DNA of 52,957 bases from Rickettsiales bacterium (GTDB taxonomy: Bacteria > Pseudomonadota > Alphaproteobacteria > Rickettsiales > JABIRX01), in NCBI GenBank assembly GCA_016780625.1, contig JADHLN010000003.1, positions 1 to 52,957 of the forward strand. The letters run 5' to 3'. The position numbers and the translations under genes are program-made. Below the pieces are notes generated by a model. The model saw nothing but the letters and a program-made list of their open reading frames with translations, searched no databases and was not told the origin of the DNA. Shown piece by piece: positions 50,334 through 52,957 of this stretch. Positions within the stretch are counted from its first letter, which is position 1. Each line of letters starts with the position of its first letter.

Positions 50334-50408
50334 ATAACTATTAACAGATAAACTCTATATATCTAATTATAACATAAAAGCAAAAACTACACAAACTTGT
50401 ATAATAGT

Positions 50409-50437
50409 TTGACAGCAATTTTAATATTGCTAAAAAC
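50409..50437 (+). promoter_or_regulatory. Putative sigma70 promoter for the SLC13 permease gene
   Basis: Perfect TTGACA (50409-50414) followed by GCTAAAA, resembling the alphaproteobacterial -10 element; AAGGA SD-like sequence before the ATG at 50459. Confidence 0.45.
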
Positions 50438-50458
50438 TAAGTCAAAGGAAATTATTTC

Positions 50459-52318
50459 ATGTATCCAGAATCATCATTATTTATAACTAAATTTGTTACA
50501 TTTCATACTTGGATTGTTCTTGGAATTATTTTTCTTGCCATGATCTCATACTCATTAGAGAAAATATCACTTGAGCTAACATCACTACTTACAATTACAG
50601 GCCTAATATTATTTTTTCATTTCTTTCCCTTAACTGATCATGGAGGCAAAATAACACTTAGCCCTGAACAATTACTGCATGGCTTTGCTCATCCCGCCTT
50701 AATTACCATAGTTTGCCTACTTATTATTGGACAAGCAGTAATTCAATCCAACGCATTAAATGTTATACCTAAATTCTTAATGTATATTACAAGAAATAAC
50801 GCAGCAATTGCTATAATAATTTCACTAATAATTGTAATTATAATTAGCGCATTCATGAATAACACTCCTGTTGTTGTTATATTTATCCCTATTCTTGCAG
50901 AAATAGCTAAAAAACTTAATATTTCTTCAAGCAAGGTAATGATTCCTTTATCTTATGCTGCAATTTTAGGAGGCATGATGACACTAATTGGAAGTAGTAC
51001 AAATTTACTAGTATCAGGTACAGTAGAATCAATGGGATTAAACCCTATAGAATTCTTTGAATTCTTTATTCCTGGGTCAATTATGGCTGTAATTGGCATG
51101 GCCTTTATAATTACAATATTGCCAAAAATCTTACCAGATAACATCTCAAAAGAACATGAATATCACGATGAAAGACCTTTTGTATCACAAATTATAATAA
51201 CTAAAGAGTCAAATTTCGCAGATAAAAAATTAATTGAAGGGGCATTACCAAATTTTAAGGATATTACAATAAGAGTCATTGAAAGAGGAAATAAAACATT
51301 TCTACCTCCCTTTCAAGATGATATGCAAATCATGGAAAATGATGTATTAGCAATATCAGGAACAAGGGAAGAGTTATCAAAATTAATCTATAAAAAAACA
51401 GATATTTTTATAAAAAACCTTCACATGGGCAAAAATCAAATTAGCCATGATAATAATCTAAACGCAAGTGAAGCAAACCTTGCAGAATTAGTTGTAGCTC
51501 CAGCATCTCCATTAATTGGTCAAACTATAAGCAACTCTGGTATTTATTCTAATTACAATTTTCCCGTTATTGGAGTTCAAAGAAAAGGCAGCTTAATCAA
51601 AAATAAAATTTCAGAATTAAGATTAGTTGCAGGTGATGTTTTATTAGTACTTGGAGAAACAAATCAGCTTTTTAATATCAAGCAAAATAAAGATTTCATT
51701 TTAACCAAATGGGCAACTCAGCAAATAAACTCGATAAAGAAAATGATAATTACCCTAATTATTTTTTCTTTAATAATAATTGCTTCTGCATTAAACATCC
51801 TACCAATTAGCATAGCAGCATTTGCAGGTGCAGCCTTATTAATTTTATTCAAAACAATTAATATTAGACAAGCAGCAAGAAGCATTGATAGAAATGTCGC
51901 TTTAATGATAGCTGCATCATTAGCAATGGGTAGCGCAATGCAAGCAACAGGTGGAGCAGCCTTACTTGCTGATAACTTTCTTAAGGTTACATACGGCTTA
52001 TCAAATCTAGGAATTATTGCCTTTTTCTTTTTATTTATGGCATTAATGACAAATTTATTAAGCAACTCAACAACAGCTGTATTATTTACTCCAATTGCAG
52101 TCAATCTTGCTCTTAAATTAGGTATAGATCCAAAAATATTAATTTATGGAGTAATATTTGCTAGTAATTGTTCTTTTGTTACTCCTATAGGTTATCAAAC
52201 AAACTTATTAGTAATGTCACCAGGAAAATATAAATTTATCGATTTTATGAAAGGTGGAGTAGCTCTTGCATTAATTATGTGTTTAACTTACACAATGCTT
52301 GTTAAATATTATTTCTAA
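50459..52318 (+). CDS. SLC13/CitMHS-type permease with TrkA-C (RCK_C) domains
   Basis: SAFMNNTPVV, MIPLSYAAILGG, IGSSTNL and TPIGYQTN; two TrkA-C domains in the central loop. Confidence 0.93.
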   Translation: MYPESSLFITKFVTFHTWIVLGIIFLAMISYSLEKISLELTSLLTITGLILFFHFFPLTDHGGKITLSPEQLLHGFAHPALITIVCLLIIGQAVIQSNALNVIPKFLMYITRNNAAIAIIISLIIVIIISAFMNNTPVVVIFIPILAEIAKKLNISSSKVMIPLSYAAILGGMMTLIGSSTNLLVSGTVESMGLNPIEFFEFFIPGSIMAVIGMAFIITILPKILPDNISKEHEYHDERPFVSQIIITKESNFADKKLIEGALPNFKDITIRVIERGNKTFLPPFQDDMQIMENDVLAISGTREELSKLIYKKTDIFIKNLHMGKNQISHDNNLNASEANLAELVVAPASPLIGQTISNSGIYSNYNFPVIGVQRKGSLIKNKISELRLVAGDVLLVLGETNQLFNIKQNKDFILTKWATQQINSIKKMIITLIIFSLIIIASALNILPISIAAFAGAALLILFKTINIRQAARSIDRNVALMIAASLAMGSAMQATGGAALLADNFLKVTYGLSNLGIIAFFFLFMALMTNLLSNSTTAVLFTPIAVNLALKLGIDPKILIYGVIFASNCSFVTPIGYQTNLLVMSPGKYKFIDFMKGGVALALIMCLTYTMLVKYYF

Positions 52319-52324
52319 TAATTT

Positions 52325-52957
52325 TTATCTTATAGGATGATTTAAACTTGTTTTACTTTCAGATAAAATTGCATCTGTAAATCCTCCAACTTTTTGACCT
52401 CTCAATTCCTTAATAGAATCTTTTCTATAATCAATTTCATCCTTACAATCTTTAAACACAAATGTTGCTATTGCCAATAACATTGCTGCTATAGATAACA
52501 TAATTGGAAGAAAATTAGTTGCAGCAGCTGCAATAAATACCCCAACAGAACCTATAGCTGCTGCTGGAACAACTGTATTTTTAATTAATTTAGAATCATT
52601 TATTGCAGTTTGGTTATCTTCTATTTCACGTGTTACATAATCCTTCCAATAATCTTTAGAAGATTTATCTAATCGTGGATTGTAATCCCTCCAATATGTA
52701 CGACCATAATCATTACTCCATATATTACGAGCATCATTAACCCTACTAACATTTGAACCTGCTGCTTTAGTCTGATCTTCTCTCCTAGCAAGATATTTTT
52801 CTCTATCTACTTCTGCTGCCGCCTGAGCTGCATTAGCTCTTACTTCTGCTGCCTTTTTAGCTTCTACTACTGCTGCCGCCTTAGCTTTAGCTATTTCTGC
52901 TTGCGTTCTAGTTGCTTCTAATTCTGCCCTCATTTTTTCTACTTCCGCTAATTGCGT
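52325..52957 (-). CDS. Hypothetical Ala-rich coiled-coil protein with a C-terminal hydrophobic hairpin (partial; start lies beyond the window)
   Basis: The frame stays open upstream of the ATG at 52933 to the window edge (TQLAEVEK-MRAELE...); a hydrophobic segment of about 40 aa lies near the C-terminus. Confidence 0.75.
   Translation of the reverse strand, partial: TQLAEVEKMRAELEATRTQAEIAKAKAAAVVEAKKAAEVRANAAQAAAEVDREKYLARREDQTKAAGSNVSRVNDARNIWSNDYGRTYWRDYNPRLDKSSKDYWKDYVTREIEDNQTAINDSKLIKNTVVPAAAIGSVGVFIAAAATNFLPIMLSIAAMLLAIATFVFKDCKDEIDYRKDSIKELRGQKVGGFTDAILSESKTSLNHPIR

Overview
A very AT-rich, tightly packed alphaproteobacterial chromosome segment. Rickettsiales-like markers are a type-2 IleRS, DUF1013/TrcR, ZitP, a porin-leuS-lptE block and an M16 peptidase pair. 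It also carries biosynthesis genes for His (hisG, hisD), Trp (trpF, trpB, trpA), Lys/DAP (lysC, dapD, dapE), purines (purM, purN) and pantothenate (panC), which suggests a metabolically rich, basal Rickettsiales-type organism (inference). Most of the window is housekeeping, with three tRNAs (Pro-TGG, Glu-TTC, Glu-CTC). I found no CRISPR array, transposase, integrase or prophage. The most unusual elements are: (1) an ankyrin protein ending in a polybasic tail and a eukaryotic CaaX box (CIIS), a candidate host-prenylated effector; (2) an intact type IV pilin-like gene followed by a disrupted paralog that differs most in the C-terminal Cys loop; (3) a sensor-less histidine kinase paired with a receiver-pseudokinase; (4) a GSII-type glutamine synthetase inserted between purM and purN; (5) a near-identical tRNA-Glu duplicate with a switched anticodon; (6) a coiled-coil protein with an Inc-like hydrophobic hairpin at the right edge. 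Functional interpretations are hypotheses, and no database searches were run.
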